Origin: Fibrobacteria bacterium
GTDB taxonomy: Bacteria; Fibrobacterota; Chitinivibrionia; Chitinivibrionales; FEN-1185
Direction: 5' to 3'
NCBI GenBank assembly: GCA_037447435.1
Contig: JBBIGR010000009.1
Location: 1 to 64,000 of the forward strand
Length of the DNA: 64,000 nucleotides
Shown here: in pieces, positions 8,449-19,081 of the stretch
Layout: every line of letters starts with the position of its first letter
How positions within the stretch are numbered: position 1 is the stretch's first letter
Translations under genes and position numbers: made by a program
The notes under the pieces: generated by a model
The model's database searches: none
What the model saw: only the letters and a program-made list of their open reading frames with translations
What the model was told of the DNA's origin: nothing

Positions 8449-10342
8449 TACGGTCATCGAATTTTCCCAAAAATTAAGGGACGATTATAAAAAGGTAATG
8501 GACAATGTCGCGCGTCGCATCACGGTCTGCGCCGGCACCGGTTGCGTGGCGAACGGCGCGCTTGCCGTACTCGAGGCGCTGGTTGCTTCATGCGAAAAAA
8601 ACGGCACCGCGGCGCAGGTGAGCCTGTCGTTCGAAAATCCCGACGCCGCAACACCCTTGCTCGTGTCCAAAAGCGGCTGCCAGGGCTTTTGTCAGATGGG
8701 ACCCTTGGTCACCATTCATCCCGACGGAATACTATATACTAAAGTAAAGCCGGAAGACGCCGAGGAAATCGTTTCGAAAACCGTGTGCAAAAGCGTCGTG
8801 GTCGAACGGCTTTTGTACCGCGATCAGGCGGCTGCCCGCATGTGTCTGGGCACCTCCCAAATCCCGTTCTACTCGCAGCAGAACCGAAAGGTCCTTGCTT
8901 CATGCGGGGTCGTCGATCCGGAAAACATCAAGGAATATATCGCCGGCGGCGGCTACGCGGCGGCACATACGGCGGTTTGCTCGATGGAAAGCGCCGACAT
9001 TTGCCGCTACGCGCTCGACGCGGGATTGCGCGGACGCGGCGGCGGCGGATTTTTGGCCGGGAAAAAATGGGAACTCACCCGTCTTGCAAAAGGAGATAAA
9101 AAATTCATTATCTGCAACGGCGACGAGGGAGACCCGGGCGCGTTCATGGACCGGTCGGTCATGGAAGGAAACCCCCACAGCGTCGTCGAAGGCATGATGA
9201 TCGCGGCAAAGGCGGTCGGCGCGCAGCGGGGCGTCGTGTATGTACGGCTCGAATATCCCTTCGCCGTGGCACGAATGAAAACCGCGGTTGCCGAAGCGCG
9301 CAAGGCCGGATTGCTCGGTAAGAACATATTCGGGACCGAATTCTCGTTCGATATAGATATAATGGAAGGCGCGGGCGCTTTCGTCTGCGGCGAAGAAACC
9401 GCGATGATCGCATCGATAGAGGGAAAACGGGGCATGCCCGAGCCCAAGCCGCCGTATCCCGCGGAAAACGGCCTGTTCGGCTGCCCGACGGTAATTAACA
9501 ATGTGGAAACTCTCGCAAGCGTGCCGCTCATTTTCCGCGACGGCGTCGAGCGCTTCAGGTCCGTGGGTACGAAATTGTCGCCGGGCACCAAGACGTTCGC
9601 GCTTACCGGGCATGTGGTCAACACCGGGCTCATCGAAGTGCCCTTCGGCTCCACGTTACGTCAAATAATATTCGACATCGGCGGCGGAGTGACCGGGCCG
9701 GGCGGGGTCATCGATCCCAACGGATTCAAGGCTGTGCAAATCGGCGGCCCGTCGGGCGCCTGTCTCACCGAAAAGCATCTCGACCTTCCTCTGGATTTCG
9801 ATTCGCTCAAAAGCATCGGCGCCATGGTCGGGTCCGGCGGTTTGGTGGTCATGAACAAGTCGACGTGCATGGTGGGAATTGCCCGCTATTTCATGCAATT
9901 CACGCAAAACGAATCATGCGGAAAATGCGTCACCTGCAGGGAAGGCACCAAGCAGATGCTTTCCTTGCTTACCGATATTGTCGAAGGGCGCGGCACGCCC
10001 GGAACCTTGGAATTGCTCAAAACGACCGCCCGCGTCGTGGCAAAGGCCTCGTTATGCGGACTGGGAAAATCGGCCCCCAATCCGGTTCTGTCGACGTTGC
10101 GCGATTTTGCCGACGAATACGAGGCGCATATCGTGCAGAAACGGTGCCCCACGGGCGAATGTCGCGCATTGTCAAGGCCGACCATCGTGCAAAGCAAGTG
10201 CATCGGCTGCGCGTTGTGCACGAAAAGCTGTCCCGTCGGCGCCATAGTCGGCCAGCGCAAGACACCGCATTCGATCGATGCGGCGCTCTGCATCAATTGC
10301 AGGGCCTGTTTATCAACCTGTAAATTGCATGCCATCGTATAA
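8438..10342 (+). CDS. hydB: Bifurcating hydrogenase subunit beta (NuoF-like, FMN/NADH)
   Basis: N-terminal CAGTGC..GCQGFC; GLRGRGGGGF; CNGDEGDPG; GAGAFVCGEETA; ESCGKC..CREG; C-terminal 2x[4Fe-4S]. Confidence 0.92.
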   Translation: MQHDTVIEFSQKLRDDYKKVMDNVARRITVCAGTGCVANGALAVLEALVASCEKNGTAAQVSLSFENPDAATPLLVSKSGCQGFCQMGPLVTIHPDGILYTKVKPEDAEEIVSKTVCKSVVVERLLYRDQAAARMCLGTSQIPFYSQQNRKVLASCGVVDPENIKEYIAGGGYAAAHTAVCSMESADICRYALDAGLRGRGGGGFLAGKKWELTRLAKGDKKFIICNGDEGDPGAFMDRSVMEGNPHSVVEGMMIAAKAVGAQRGVVYVRLEYPFAVARMKTAVAEARKAGLLGKNIFGTEFSFDIDIMEGAGAFVCGEETAMIASIEGKRGMPEPKPPYPAENGLFGCPTVINNVETLASVPLIFRDGVERFRSVGTKLSPGTKTFALTGHVVNTGLIEVPFGSTLRQIIFDIGGGVTGPGGVIDPNGFKAVQIGGPSGACLTEKHLDLPLDFDSLKSIGAMVGSGGLVVMNKSTCMVGIARYFMQFTQNESCGKCVTCREGTKQMLSLLTDIVEGRGTPGTLELLKTTARVVAKASLCGLGKSAPNPVLSTLRDFADEYEAHIVQKRCPTGECRALSRPTIVQSKCIGCALCTKSCPVGAIVGQRKTPHSIDAALCINCRACLSTCKLHAIV

Positions 10343-10353
10343 GGAGATATTAC

Positions 10354-12399
10354 ATGAATACGACCGATCACATCATAATCGATCAAATACCCGTACCGCT
10401 CAGCGGCGAACGGAACCTTCTCGAAGTCATCCGTAAAGCTGGCATCGATATCCCGACCTTTTGCTATCACAGCGAACTGTCCATATACGGCGCATGCCGC
10501 CTCTGCATGGTCGATGTCGAAGGCCGCGGAATCGTCGCTTCCTGCTCCACCATACCGTCAAACGGCATGGTGGTCACGACAATGACCGAGGAAATCCGCG
10601 AAATACGGAAAGTAAACCTCGAAATGCTTTTGGCAAGCCACGATACCGATTGTCCGTCCTGTCCCAAAAACGAAACATGCAAACTGCGGTCTCTGGCTTC
10701 GCGTTTGGGCGTCAATGAAATCAGGTACAAACAGGTGCCGCCGAAACTTCCGGCCGATACCTCGTCGCCGGCGGTACTGCGCGATCCGGGCAAATGCATC
10801 AAATGCGGCGACTGTGTTCGCTTCTGTGAAGAAGTCCAGGACATCGGCGCCATAGGGTTTTGCGGCAGAGGTTCGCATTCCCTTGTCGCACCGCCGTTCG
10901 AAAAGGGCCTCGGCAATGTCGAATGCGTCAATTGCGGCGGCTGCGCGACCGTCTGTCCGACGGGCGCGATAACGCCCAAAGACGAAACGGCCTCGGTATG
11001 GAAACTGCTTCGCGACCCGAAAAAAACCGTGATCGCGCAAATCGCGCCCGCGGTCAGGGTAGCGCTCGGCGAAATGTTCGGCATGGAGCCGGGGGAAATC
11101 GTGACGGGAAAAATCGTCGCGGCAATGAAACGCCTGGGTTTCAAATACGTTTTCGACACCGCGTTCGCGGCGGATTTGACGGTCATCGAGGAAGCCACCG
11201 AGGTATTACCTATTATCAAGCGAGGCGGTCCCGTGTTTCCGCTCATCACCTCGTGCTGCCCCGCCTGGATAAAAAAGGCCGAATATTTCGACAGCGATTT
11301 GCACGACCATATTTCGTCGTGCCGGTCTCCGCAGCAGATGTTCGGTTCGGTCGCCCGGTCGTACTTTGCCAAAAAAATGGGCGTCGACAATAAAAACATG
11401 GCGGTCATATCCGTGATGCCGTGTACGGCAAAAAAATTCGAATCGCAACGTCCCGAATTTACCGCAAACGGTATCGCCGACGTGGACCTGGTTCTTACAA
11501 CGCAAGAACTCGGCCGGATGATCAAGGAAGCGGGATTGTCGCTGTCGCAACTGGAACCGTCGTCGTTCGATTTGCCGCTGGGATTCGGCACCGGCGCGGG
11601 GATGCTGTTCGGCGCTTCGGGCGGCGTGTCCGAGGCCGTGGTACGGTATATCGCCGGTCAACTGGGATACGAAACCCCGGCGATCGCATTTACCGAAGTC
11701 AATGGCAATCCGGGCATTCGCGAAACCACCGTCACGCTGGGCGACACCGCGGTTAAAGTCGGGGTCGTACAGGGCCTTAAAAACGCCAATATCGTGCTCG
11801 ATCAAATCAGGAAAAACACCTGTTCCTATAATATCGTCGAAATCATGGCCTGCCCCGGCGGCTGCGTGGGCGGCGCAGGCCAGCCCGTCCCATTGGTAAA
11901 CGACGTCCGTGCAAAGCGCGGCAAAGGGCTGCGCCAGCTCGACGCGGTGCTTCCTGCGCGTAAAGCACAGGACAATCCGTTCGTTGCCGAAAGCTACGCC
12001 CGGCTCTTCAAGGAGCCGGGAAGCAAAGTCGCACGGAGCCTGCTGCATACGACTTTCTTTTCCCGCAAGAGGGAAGAAGAGGACGGCATCGAACTTTCCG
12101 GCAAACAGGGTGCGTCGGATGCCTTGCGGGTCAGGGTTTGCGTCGGGACCGGATGCTATCTGCGCGGCGCCCACGGCCTTTTGCAGTCGATACTTTCCAA
12201 AATAGAAGAAAAAGGAATGGTCGATCGGGTCAATGTCCAGGCCACCTTTTGCATGGAAACCTGCGAAGTGGGCCCCAGCGTCGCCATCGGCGACCGTTGG
12301 GTCCGTAAAGCGACAGTGGAAAAGGTCATGGAAACCATAGACGACATCATGAAAGACAGGTTGGCCGATGAAAAACGGGCATCACTATCTAATCGTTGA
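10354..12399 (+). CDS. hydA: [FeFe]-hydrogenase catalytic subunit (group A) with extra C-terminal [2Fe-2S] domain
   Basis: H-cluster motifs TSCCPAW, MPCTAKKFE, EIMACPGGCVGGAGQP; N-terminal FeS domains; C-terminal CVGTGC...FCMETC. Confidence 0.95.
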   Translation: MNTTDHIIIDQIPVPLSGERNLLEVIRKAGIDIPTFCYHSELSIYGACRLCMVDVEGRGIVASCSTIPSNGMVVTTMTEEIREIRKVNLEMLLASHDTDCPSCPKNETCKLRSLASRLGVNEIRYKQVPPKLPADTSSPAVLRDPGKCIKCGDCVRFCEEVQDIGAIGFCGRGSHSLVAPPFEKGLGNVECVNCGGCATVCPTGAITPKDETASVWKLLRDPKKTVIAQIAPAVRVALGEMFGMEPGEIVTGKIVAAMKRLGFKYVFDTAFAADLTVIEEATEVLPIIKRGGPVFPLITSCCPAWIKKAEYFDSDLHDHISSCRSPQQMFGSVARSYFAKKMGVDNKNMAVISVMPCTAKKFESQRPEFTANGIADVDLVLTTQELGRMIKEAGLSLSQLEPSSFDLPLGFGTGAGMLFGASGGVSEAVVRYIAGQLGYETPAIAFTEVNGNPGIRETTVTLGDTAVKVGVVQGLKNANIVLDQIRKNTCSYNIVEIMACPGGCVGGAGQPVPLVNDVRAKRGKGLRQLDAVLPARKAQDNPFVAESYARLFKEPGSKVARSLLHTTFFSRKREEEDGIELSGKQGASDALRVRVCVGTGCYLRGAHGLLQSILSKIEEKGMVDRVNVQATFCMETCEVGPSVAIGDRWVRKATVEKVMETIDDIMKDRLADEKRASLSNR

Positions 12400-12661
12400 A
12401 CTTTGCATGGGCAGTTCCTGTTATTGCAGGGGAAATAAGACCCTTGCGATTGAGTTGAAAGAGCTCATTGCGCGACGGTTTTGGGAAAATCTCGTCGTCG
12501 TCAGGGGCTGCCTTTGTAAAGATAGCTGCGCAAAAGGGCCCAATCTTTCGATAAACGGGGAAGCGTGCCCGGTCCAAACCATCGGCGGTCTCGAAAAGCA
12601 TTTGGAGCAACTTCTTGCGTCGAAAGAACTCCCGGCGAAAAAGCCGGTGTCGACGTTTTAA
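12368..12661 (+). CDS. Thioredoxin-like [2Fe-2S] ferredoxin (HfsA-like)
   Basis: CMGSSCYCRGN...GCLCKDSCAKGPN. Confidence 0.85.
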   Translation: MKNGHHYLIVELCMGSSCYCRGNKTLAIELKELIARRFWENLVVVRGCLCKDSCAKGPNLSINGEACPVQTIGGLEKHLEQLLASKELPAKKPVSTF

Positions 12662-12680
12662 CAAAAAGCAAAGGCGCACC

Positions 12681-14426
12681 ATGGAATCCAACCAACCGGT
12701 GTTTACAAAAGAGGCAGTTTGCCAGGACTGTTACCGGTGCCTGCGCGAATGTCCGGTCAAGGCAATCACCGTACGCAACGGCATGGCGGCGGTCGAATTG
12801 GACCGCTGCATATTCTGCGGAACCTGTATCGGCGTATGCCCGGCCCAGGCCAAAACCGTGCGCGACGATCTCGGCATTGTCAAGGTACTGCTTGCCAAAA
12901 AGAAACAGGTCGTGGCTTCGATAGCGCCGTCGCACGCGGTCGCCTTTCCCTACGGAAAAAATGTCGTATCGGCCGCGATACGGCGGCTCGGTTTTTCCGC
13001 AGTGAGCGAAACCGCATTGGGCGCTCATATCGTGTCGGAAAATATCGCCCACTGGTTGCGGTCGTCGTATAAGAATAAAACATTGCCCAATCTCGTTATT
13101 TCAACCGCATGTACGGCAATCGTCATGCTCATCCGAAAACATTATCCGCATCTCGTGCCGTATTTGTCGCAAATCTGCTCGCCCGTGGCAGCGCACAGCA
13201 GATATATAAAACAAAAATACGGCAGCGATACGGGTATTGTTTTTTTCGGACCGTGTCCGGCCAAAAAAGCCGAAATAGGCGAGGTCGGTTGCGAGCTCGA
13301 CGCGGTATTGTCGTTTGCCGACCTCGACAAATGGCTGATCGACCAGTCGATAGATATCGGGGAATTACGGCCGGCAAAAAACGAGGCCGCGGAAAAGCTC
13401 CCCGGTTTTGGCGGCGCGCTCTATCCTATAGAAGGCGGCATGATAGAAAGCATCAGGAGCATCGATCCGCTCGAGCCCATAGAAATGCTCACCGTGTCGG
13501 GTATCGATTCCGTCAATGCGTTGCTTACGGACCTCGATCCAAAAAACCTTGCAAAGCCGGTTTTTTTGGAATTGCTGTCGTGCAAGAGCGGTTGCATCAA
13601 CGGCATTTGCATGCCGCAAGCCGGTCAATTGCTTTCAAAGCGCACCAAAATACAGGTATATGCCGAATCCCTGAACGATTTCTCGGCCGCATCGGTTTCC
13701 CCGGACGTTTTTGCAAAATTCACGCCGCTTCCTTTCGACGATAAGGAGTTCGGCGCCGAACAATTGCGCTTTGCGCTCGAACGGATCGGAAAACACAACC
13801 ATCAGGACGAACTCAATTGCGGCGGTTGCGGCTATGTTTCATGCAGGCAATTCGCGCAGGCCATGCTGCAGCATCGCGCCGAACCGGCCATGTGCGTTTC
13901 GTATATGCGAAGCCTGGCGCTCAAAAAAGCAAACGCGCTCATGCAATCCATGCCCGCTGGCGTCGTTCTTGTCGACAGGGAATTACGGATAATCGAATGC
14001 AATTTGCGCTTCGTGCAGATCGCCATTCCCGAACTGGTGGAGCATTTCAAGGAATCGCAGACCCTTTCCGACATGAACCTGTCCAAGCTCGCGCCGTTCT
14101 GCAAGTATTTCTCGGCCGTGTTGGCAACGGGGCAGAGCATTCCCGAAAAGCAAATAAAAACGCGGGACCGCATCATTTCCCTGAGCGTTTTCCCCATCGA
14201 ACCGGCCCGTCTTGCCGGCGGAATCATCCAAGACATAACGCAGCCCGCGGTCCGGAAGGAACGCATCATCAACCAGGCAAGGGAAGTGAGCAGGCGCCAA
14301 TTGACAATGGTACAGCAGATCGCGTCGCTGCTCGGGGAAAATGCGGCCGATTCCGAAACCTTGCTCAGCGAAATCATCGCATCGTTTTCCGCAGGTACCG
14401 ATTCCGCCGGAGACAAGGATGAATGA
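12681..14426 (+). CDS. hydS: PAS-domain sensory [FeFe] hydrogenase (HydS/HfsB, group C)
   Basis: 2x[4Fe-4S] N-terminus; variant H-cluster motifs STACTA, GPCPAKKAE, ELLSCKSGCING; LNCGGCGY..C...C FeS; C-terminal PAS and QQIASLLGE. Confidence 0.9.
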   Translation: MESNQPVFTKEAVCQDCYRCLRECPVKAITVRNGMAAVELDRCIFCGTCIGVCPAQAKTVRDDLGIVKVLLAKKKQVVASIAPSHAVAFPYGKNVVSAAIRRLGFSAVSETALGAHIVSENIAHWLRSSYKNKTLPNLVISTACTAIVMLIRKHYPHLVPYLSQICSPVAAHSRYIKQKYGSDTGIVFFGPCPAKKAEIGEVGCELDAVLSFADLDKWLIDQSIDIGELRPAKNEAAEKLPGFGGALYPIEGGMIESIRSIDPLEPIEMLTVSGIDSVNALLTDLDPKNLAKPVFLELLSCKSGCINGICMPQAGQLLSKRTKIQVYAESLNDFSAASVSPDVFAKFTPLPFDDKEFGAEQLRFALERIGKHNHQDELNCGGCGYVSCRQFAQAMLQHRAEPAMCVSYMRSLALKKANALMQSMPAGVVLVDRELRIIECNLRFVQIAIPELVEHFKESQTLSDMNLSKLAPFCKYFSAVLATGQSIPEKQIKTRDRIISLSVFPIEPARLAGGIIQDITQPAVRKERIINQAREVSRRQLTMVQQIASLLGENAADSETLLSEIIASFSAGTDSAGDKDE

Positions 14427-15600
14427 TCCGGTATTCATCGAAGTCGGCCATTCGCAATTCTGCAAAAACGGCAATGCGGTGTGCGGCGATTCTTTTGTGT
14501 GTAAACGGAACAACGCGGAATGCCGTATCGTCTGCGTGCTCGCCGACGGCCTGGGAAGCGGTATAAAGGCGAGCGTTTTGTCGCAACTCACCGCGACGAT
14601 GGTCGCCCGCTGCGTCACCAACGATCTGGACATAAAGCAAACCGCGCGCACCATCATGGAAACCCTGCCCGTCTGCGCGGTGCGGAAAATCGGGTATGCG
14701 ACATTCACGATCATAGACATCGATTTGAACGGGCATGCCTCCATCATCGAATTCGACAATCCCGGTTTCTTATGGGTCAAAAACGGCGTCGTCTCCCGTC
14801 CGCAACGGCAAATCGAATCCGTGACCACCGCCGACGGCCGCCGCATGGAGTTGCGGTTTTCCCAACTGGTCCTTACCCCGCAAGACAGGCTCATCGTTTT
14901 TTCCGACGGCGTTTCACAGGCAGGAATGGGCAACGACGCCTACCCGCTGGGCTGGACGCAACAGGGCGTCGAGGACTTTTGCGTCCGGTCGGTTTCACAA
15001 AAGCCCGACATGTCGGCGCAGGAGCTTTCCGATGCGCTCATCGGCAGGGCGCTCACGATCGATTCTAAAAAAGCAAAAGACGACATCACCGCGGGTGTGA
15101 TTTACATGCGAAAACCCCGCGAACTGCTGTTGGTCACGGGCGCGCCGTTCGACCGGCGGCGCGACCGGGAAATCGCCGAGCGCTGCGCCGGCTTTACGGG
15201 GACCAAGGTCGTTTGCGGCGGTACTACGGGCGCGATCATCGCGCGGGAACTGGGCAAAACGCTGTGCATTCAGATGGACGGCGATCACAGCGAAGTGCCG
15301 CCCGGATCTTTCATGGACGGCATCGATTTGGTCACCGAAGGCACCATCACCCTTTCCAGGCTCTGCGCCTATCTGGAAGGCGACATGACGTGGGTGTATA
15401 AAAAAAATCCGGCCGCCGAACTGTATCGTTTACTTATGGCAAGCGACAAAATCATGTTTTTGGTCGGCACCAGCGTCAATGAAGCGCATCAGGACCCCTC
15501 GCTTCCCGAAGACCTCGATATCCGGCGAAACACCGTGCGCCGCATTTGCAAACTGTTGGAAGAAACGTATCTGAAAACCACTTCGCTGAGATTCTTATGA
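14419..15600 (+). CDS. SpoIIE/PP2C-type Ser/Thr phosphatase (HfsC-like)
   Basis: CGDSF, LADGLGSGIKA, FSDGV, AKDDIT, VVCGGTT, NEAHQDP motifs. Confidence 0.9.
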   Translation: MNDPVFIEVGHSQFCKNGNAVCGDSFVCKRNNAECRIVCVLADGLGSGIKASVLSQLTATMVARCVTNDLDIKQTARTIMETLPVCAVRKIGYATFTIIDIDLNGHASIIEFDNPGFLWVKNGVVSRPQRQIESVTTADGRRMELRFSQLVLTPQDRLIVFSDGVSQAGMGNDAYPLGWTQQGVEDFCVRSVSQKPDMSAQELSDALIGRALTIDSKKAKDDITAGVIYMRKPRELLLVTGAPFDRRRDREIAERCAGFTGTKVVCGGTTGAIIARELGKTLCIQMDGDHSEVPPGSFMDGIDLVTEGTITLSRLCAYLEGDMTWVYKKNPAAELYRLLMASDKIMFLVGTSVNEAHQDPSLPEDLDIRRNTVRRICKLLEETYLKTTSLRFL

Positions 15601-15649
15601 AAAAAACCGATCCGGAACAATCGCTTAACAAACACGCAAAGGATCGCAT

Positions 15650-16045
15650 ATGGCAATAAAGCAACACGGAATCGTCGTCGACGTACGCGACCAAACCGCA
15701 ATCGTGAAATTGGCAATACACGAATCCTGCGACCGTTGCGGCGCCTGCGACGCCGCCCCCTTGGTCAGCGTTCCCAATAGCATGCACGCGCATATCGGAC
15801 AAAGCGTTGAAATCCAAAAAGACCCCCACGGCGATATGCAGCTCATTTTCATCGAACTGTTCGTGCCCGTGCTTTCGATACTCGCCGGTTCCGCCTTAGG
15901 ATACTGTTTGTCGATTTCGGCAAAAATCCCGCTCCCCGTTGCCCTGACGCTGTCGATATCGGGGTTTTTAGGCACCGGCTTTGTCGTTGCAATGAAGCAC
16001 GATAGGCAAAAAGGCCGCGTACCCGTAAAGGCCGGCCCCAAATGA
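15650..16045 (+). CDS. rseC: RseC/MucC-family protein
   Basis: GIVV..AIV...SCDRCGAC motif, two TM helices, directly before rnfC. Confidence 0.75.
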   Translation: MAIKQHGIVVDVRDQTAIVKLAIHESCDRCGACDAAPLVSVPNSMHAHIGQSVEIQKDPHGDMQLIFIELFVPVLSILAGSALGYCLSISAKIPLPVALTLSISGFLGTGFVVAMKHDRQKGRVPVKAGPK

Positions 16046-17367
16046 AAAGCCTTTTCTTCGGCGGAATTCATCCCGCGGGCAATAAAAAATTTACTAAAAG
16101 CAAGCCCGTGGCCCAAATGCCCCTGCTTTCGCGCTATCATGTTCCGCTCAAACAGCATATCGGCGAAGCCTGCGTGCCCTTGGTTGCAATAGGAGAAAAA
16201 GTGTTCAAGGGACAGCGCATCGCCGATGCCTCGGAGGCAAAAAGCGTTCCCATCCATGCGCCGGTATCGGGCACGGTTGCCGACATCGGAATGTATCGCG
16301 ATCCCGTCGCGGGCAATGCCCAATGCATTACCATCCAAAGCGACGGCAAAGACGAATGGCTCGGCGGGCTGCTCGTTAATCGCGATGCCTCGAAACTCTC
16401 GCGCGACGCGATGCTGTCCATAGTCAGAAAATGCGGGCTCGTGGGTCTGGGCGGTGCCGCGTTTCCCTGCCATACCAAACTATCGCCGCCTAAAAGTAAA
16501 ACGATAGACACGCTCATTATAAACGGGGCCGAATGCGAACCCTATCTCACGGCCGATCATCGCGTCATGCTGGAGCACGGAGACAGGGTCATACGCGGTT
16601 GCGTCATGGCCATGAAGATATTGGATGTCGCATTTTGCTATATCGGCATCGAAGACAATAAAAAAGACGCCATTGCGCTACTGTCGGAAAAAGCCAAGGG
16701 ATCTGCCGTTCGCGTCGTCGCCTTGCCGACGCGGTATCCGCAGGGCGGGGAAAAAATGCTGATAAAGGCAATTGCTAAAAGGGAAGTGCGCTGCGGAAAA
16801 CTGCCCATGGACTCCGGCTGCGTCGTGCATAATGTGGCCACCATGAAAGCGCTTTGCGATGCGATCGAAGACAACATCCCCCTTATCGAACGGATCGTCA
16901 CCGTTTCCGGATCGTCGATACGCAATCCCCGGAATGTGCGCGTTCGAATCGGAACGGATTTTTCCGACGTGATACGGTTCTGCGGCGGATTTTCTTCTCC
17001 TGCGGCTAGCGTCATCATGGGCGGGCCCATGATGGGGATCGCCCAGGCCGATGTCGACGTACCGGTAATCAAGGCCTGCTCGGCCATACTTGCGTTTTCA
17101 AAAAAGGACATCAGCGAACAGCCCGAAAGCCCGTGCATTCGATGTGGCCGATGCGTCGATGCGTGCGCGATGCGGCTTCGCCCGTATTTACTCGGCATCC
17201 TAAGCGAACAGCGCAAATATCAGACGGCGCTTTTGGAATACGATCTCCTCGATTGCATCGAATGCGGCTGCTGCTCCTATGTGTGCCCGGCGAAAAGGAA
17301 TATCGTCCAATATGTGCGGCTTGCCAAAGCAAAAAACACCCTTCTTAACAAATCGGTACGAAAGTAA
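16042..17367 (+). CDS. rnfC: Rnf complex subunit C
   Basis: FFGGIHP, QHIG, GLGGAAFP, NGAECEPYLTADHR, YPQGGEK, CIRCGRC/CIECGCC. Confidence 0.95.
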   Translation: MKSLFFGGIHPAGNKKFTKSKPVAQMPLLSRYHVPLKQHIGEACVPLVAIGEKVFKGQRIADASEAKSVPIHAPVSGTVADIGMYRDPVAGNAQCITIQSDGKDEWLGGLLVNRDASKLSRDAMLSIVRKCGLVGLGGAAFPCHTKLSPPKSKTIDTLIINGAECEPYLTADHRVMLEHGDRVIRGCVMAMKILDVAFCYIGIEDNKKDAIALLSEKAKGSAVRVVALPTRYPQGGEKMLIKAIAKREVRCGKLPMDSGCVVHNVATMKALCDAIEDNIPLIERIVTVSGSSIRNPRNVRVRIGTDFSDVIRFCGGFSSPAASVIMGGPMMGIAQADVDVPVIKACSAILAFSKKDISEQPESPCIRCGRCVDACAMRLRPYLLGILSEQRKYQTALLEYDLLDCIECGCCSYVCPAKRNIVQYVRLAKAKNTLLNKSVRK

Positions 17368-17376
17368 TAGACAAAC

Positions 17377-18435
17377 ATGGAAACGAAAGTGCCGGCGACG
17401 GATACGGTTACGATGGACCTAGGTACGCTTTCCCCTTCCCGTCTTGTGGTTGCGGCGTCGCCGCACGTGCGCAGCCGCGAAAGCGTTTCCAACATAATGT
17501 GGCAGGTGTTTTTCGCCCTTGTCCCGGCCGCATTGTTCGGAATTGTCAATTTCGGCGTATGCGCGCTTGTCACGATCGTGCTGTCCGTGGCGTCGGCCGT
17601 CGCGTGCGAGGCGATAATCGGGATAATTGCGGGCCAAAAGCAAACCGCGGCCAACGGAAGCGCCGCCCTCACCGGCTTGCTTTTGGCCATGTGCCTGCCC
17701 CCGAATATTCCCTGGTATATGCCGGTTTTGGGCTCCATTGTCGCGATAGGCGTTGCGAAACAGATGACGGGCGGCATCGGGTCCAATGTTTTCAATCCCG
17801 CGCATATAGGCCGCGCGTTTTTAATGGCAAGTTATCCGGTTGCAATGACCGCATTTTCCGTGTCCCGCTTTGCAAAAGGGTTTTCCTCGTCCGGTTCGCC
17901 GTTCAATGCCGCCGATGCCGTGACCGCCGCAACGCCGCTTTCGATACTCAAACAGCAAGGTCACGATGCGCTTGTCGCCCATTTCGGCGGCAGCGGAAAC
18001 TTATATAAAGCAATGGTGCTGGGCAACCACGGCGGATCCATCGGCGAAACATCGGCCCTGTTGCTTTTTCTCGGCGGCATTTACTTATGCGTTCGCGGGT
18101 ATGTCAAATGGCAAACCCCGCTTGTCATGATCGCGACAATCGGCCTGGGTACCTGGCTGTTCGGCGGCAGCGGTTTTTTACACGGCGATCCCTTGTTTCA
18201 TGTGATGGCCGGCGGTTGCCTCATCGGCGCTTTTTTTATGGCGACCGATCCGGTCACCGTTCCCATGTCCGTTCGCGGGCAGGCGATTTTCGCATTCGGC
18301 GCCGGACTCATAACGGTTCTTATCCGTTTGGCGGGCGGGTATCCCGAAGGCGTGTGTTACGCGATACTTCTCATGAATACCGTGACCCCGCTGATCGACA
18401 AATACGTATACCCAAAAAAATTCGGGAGCCAATAA
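17377..18435 (+). CDS. rnfD: Rnf complex subunit D
   Basis: SPH, FNPA, DAVTAATPL FMNylation motif, GSIGETS, FMATDPVT, GYPEG. Confidence 0.95.
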   Translation: METKVPATDTVTMDLGTLSPSRLVVAASPHVRSRESVSNIMWQVFFALVPAALFGIVNFGVCALVTIVLSVASAVACEAIIGIIAGQKQTAANGSAALTGLLLAMCLPPNIPWYMPVLGSIVAIGVAKQMTGGIGSNVFNPAHIGRAFLMASYPVAMTAFSVSRFAKGFSSSGSPFNAADAVTAATPLSILKQQGHDALVAHFGGSGNLYKAMVLGNHGGSIGETSALLLFLGGIYLCVRGYVKWQTPLVMIATIGLGTWLFGGSGFLHGDPLFHVMAGGCLIGAFFMATDPVTVPMSVRGQAIFAFGAGLITVLIRLAGGYPEGVCYAILLMNTVTPLIDKYVYPKKFGSQ

Positions 18436-18442
18436 GAATCGT

Positions 18443-19072
18443 ATGGAACAAGCGATACCGGTCGGAAGCGACTATAAAGACATTTTCAGCGTTGCCCTAA
18501 ACCTTGCCGCGGCATGCTTCGTCGCGGGATGCGTCATAGCGGCATCCTTTGCGATAACGGAACCGTATGCAAAAATCAATAGGGTGAAAATGGCCGACGA
18601 AGCGATGCGGCAGCTCTTTCCCGCCGCGACGACGTTTACGCAGATGTCCCAAAATCCGGCATGGATGACGGCGGAACAAAACGGGGAGCGTCTCGGCTAT
18701 GTACTGACGATACGGACAAAGGGGTACGGCGGCGCGATGAAAATCATGGCCGCGACCGATACGATGTTCCGTATACGGGATTTCAGCCTGCTTTCCCATA
18801 ACGAAACCCCGGGGCTCGGCGACGGTGCGAATAAGCCCGCATTCAAAAAGCAATTCGAGGGAAAAGCCGTCGAAGCATTATTTGTCGTAAAGAACCACGA
18901 TCCCGGAAAAATAGACGCAATGACCGGCGCAACCATCACCTCCCGCGCGGTGACCGATGCGATGCGTACCGAAATAACGGCCCTTCGGGACTGCGTCCAA
19001 AAATCCGGTTTTGCTTCTTCCGCTCAAAGTAATACGATAAATCGATCAGCGGCGACCGTGCAACACAACTGA
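18443..19072 (+). CDS. rnfG: Rnf complex subunit G
   Basis: GYGG, HNETPGLG, DAMTGATITSRAV FMNylation motif. Confidence 0.95.
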   Translation: MEQAIPVGSDYKDIFSVALNLAAACFVAGCVIAASFAITEPYAKINRVKMADEAMRQLFPAATTFTQMSQNPAWMTAEQNGERLGYVLTIRTKGYGGAMKIMAATDTMFRIRDFSLLSHNETPGLGDGANKPAFKKQFEGKAVEALFVVKNHDPGKIDAMTGATITSRAVTDAMRTEITALRDCVQKSGFASSAQSNTINRSAATVQHN

Positions 19073-19081
19073 GGGAATCAT

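Noticed and set aside
7936..12399. Respiratory complex I (nuoEFG) or formate dehydrogenase
   Set aside because: The large subunit has all three H-cluster motifs and no membrane nuo genes or molybdopterin motifs are present.
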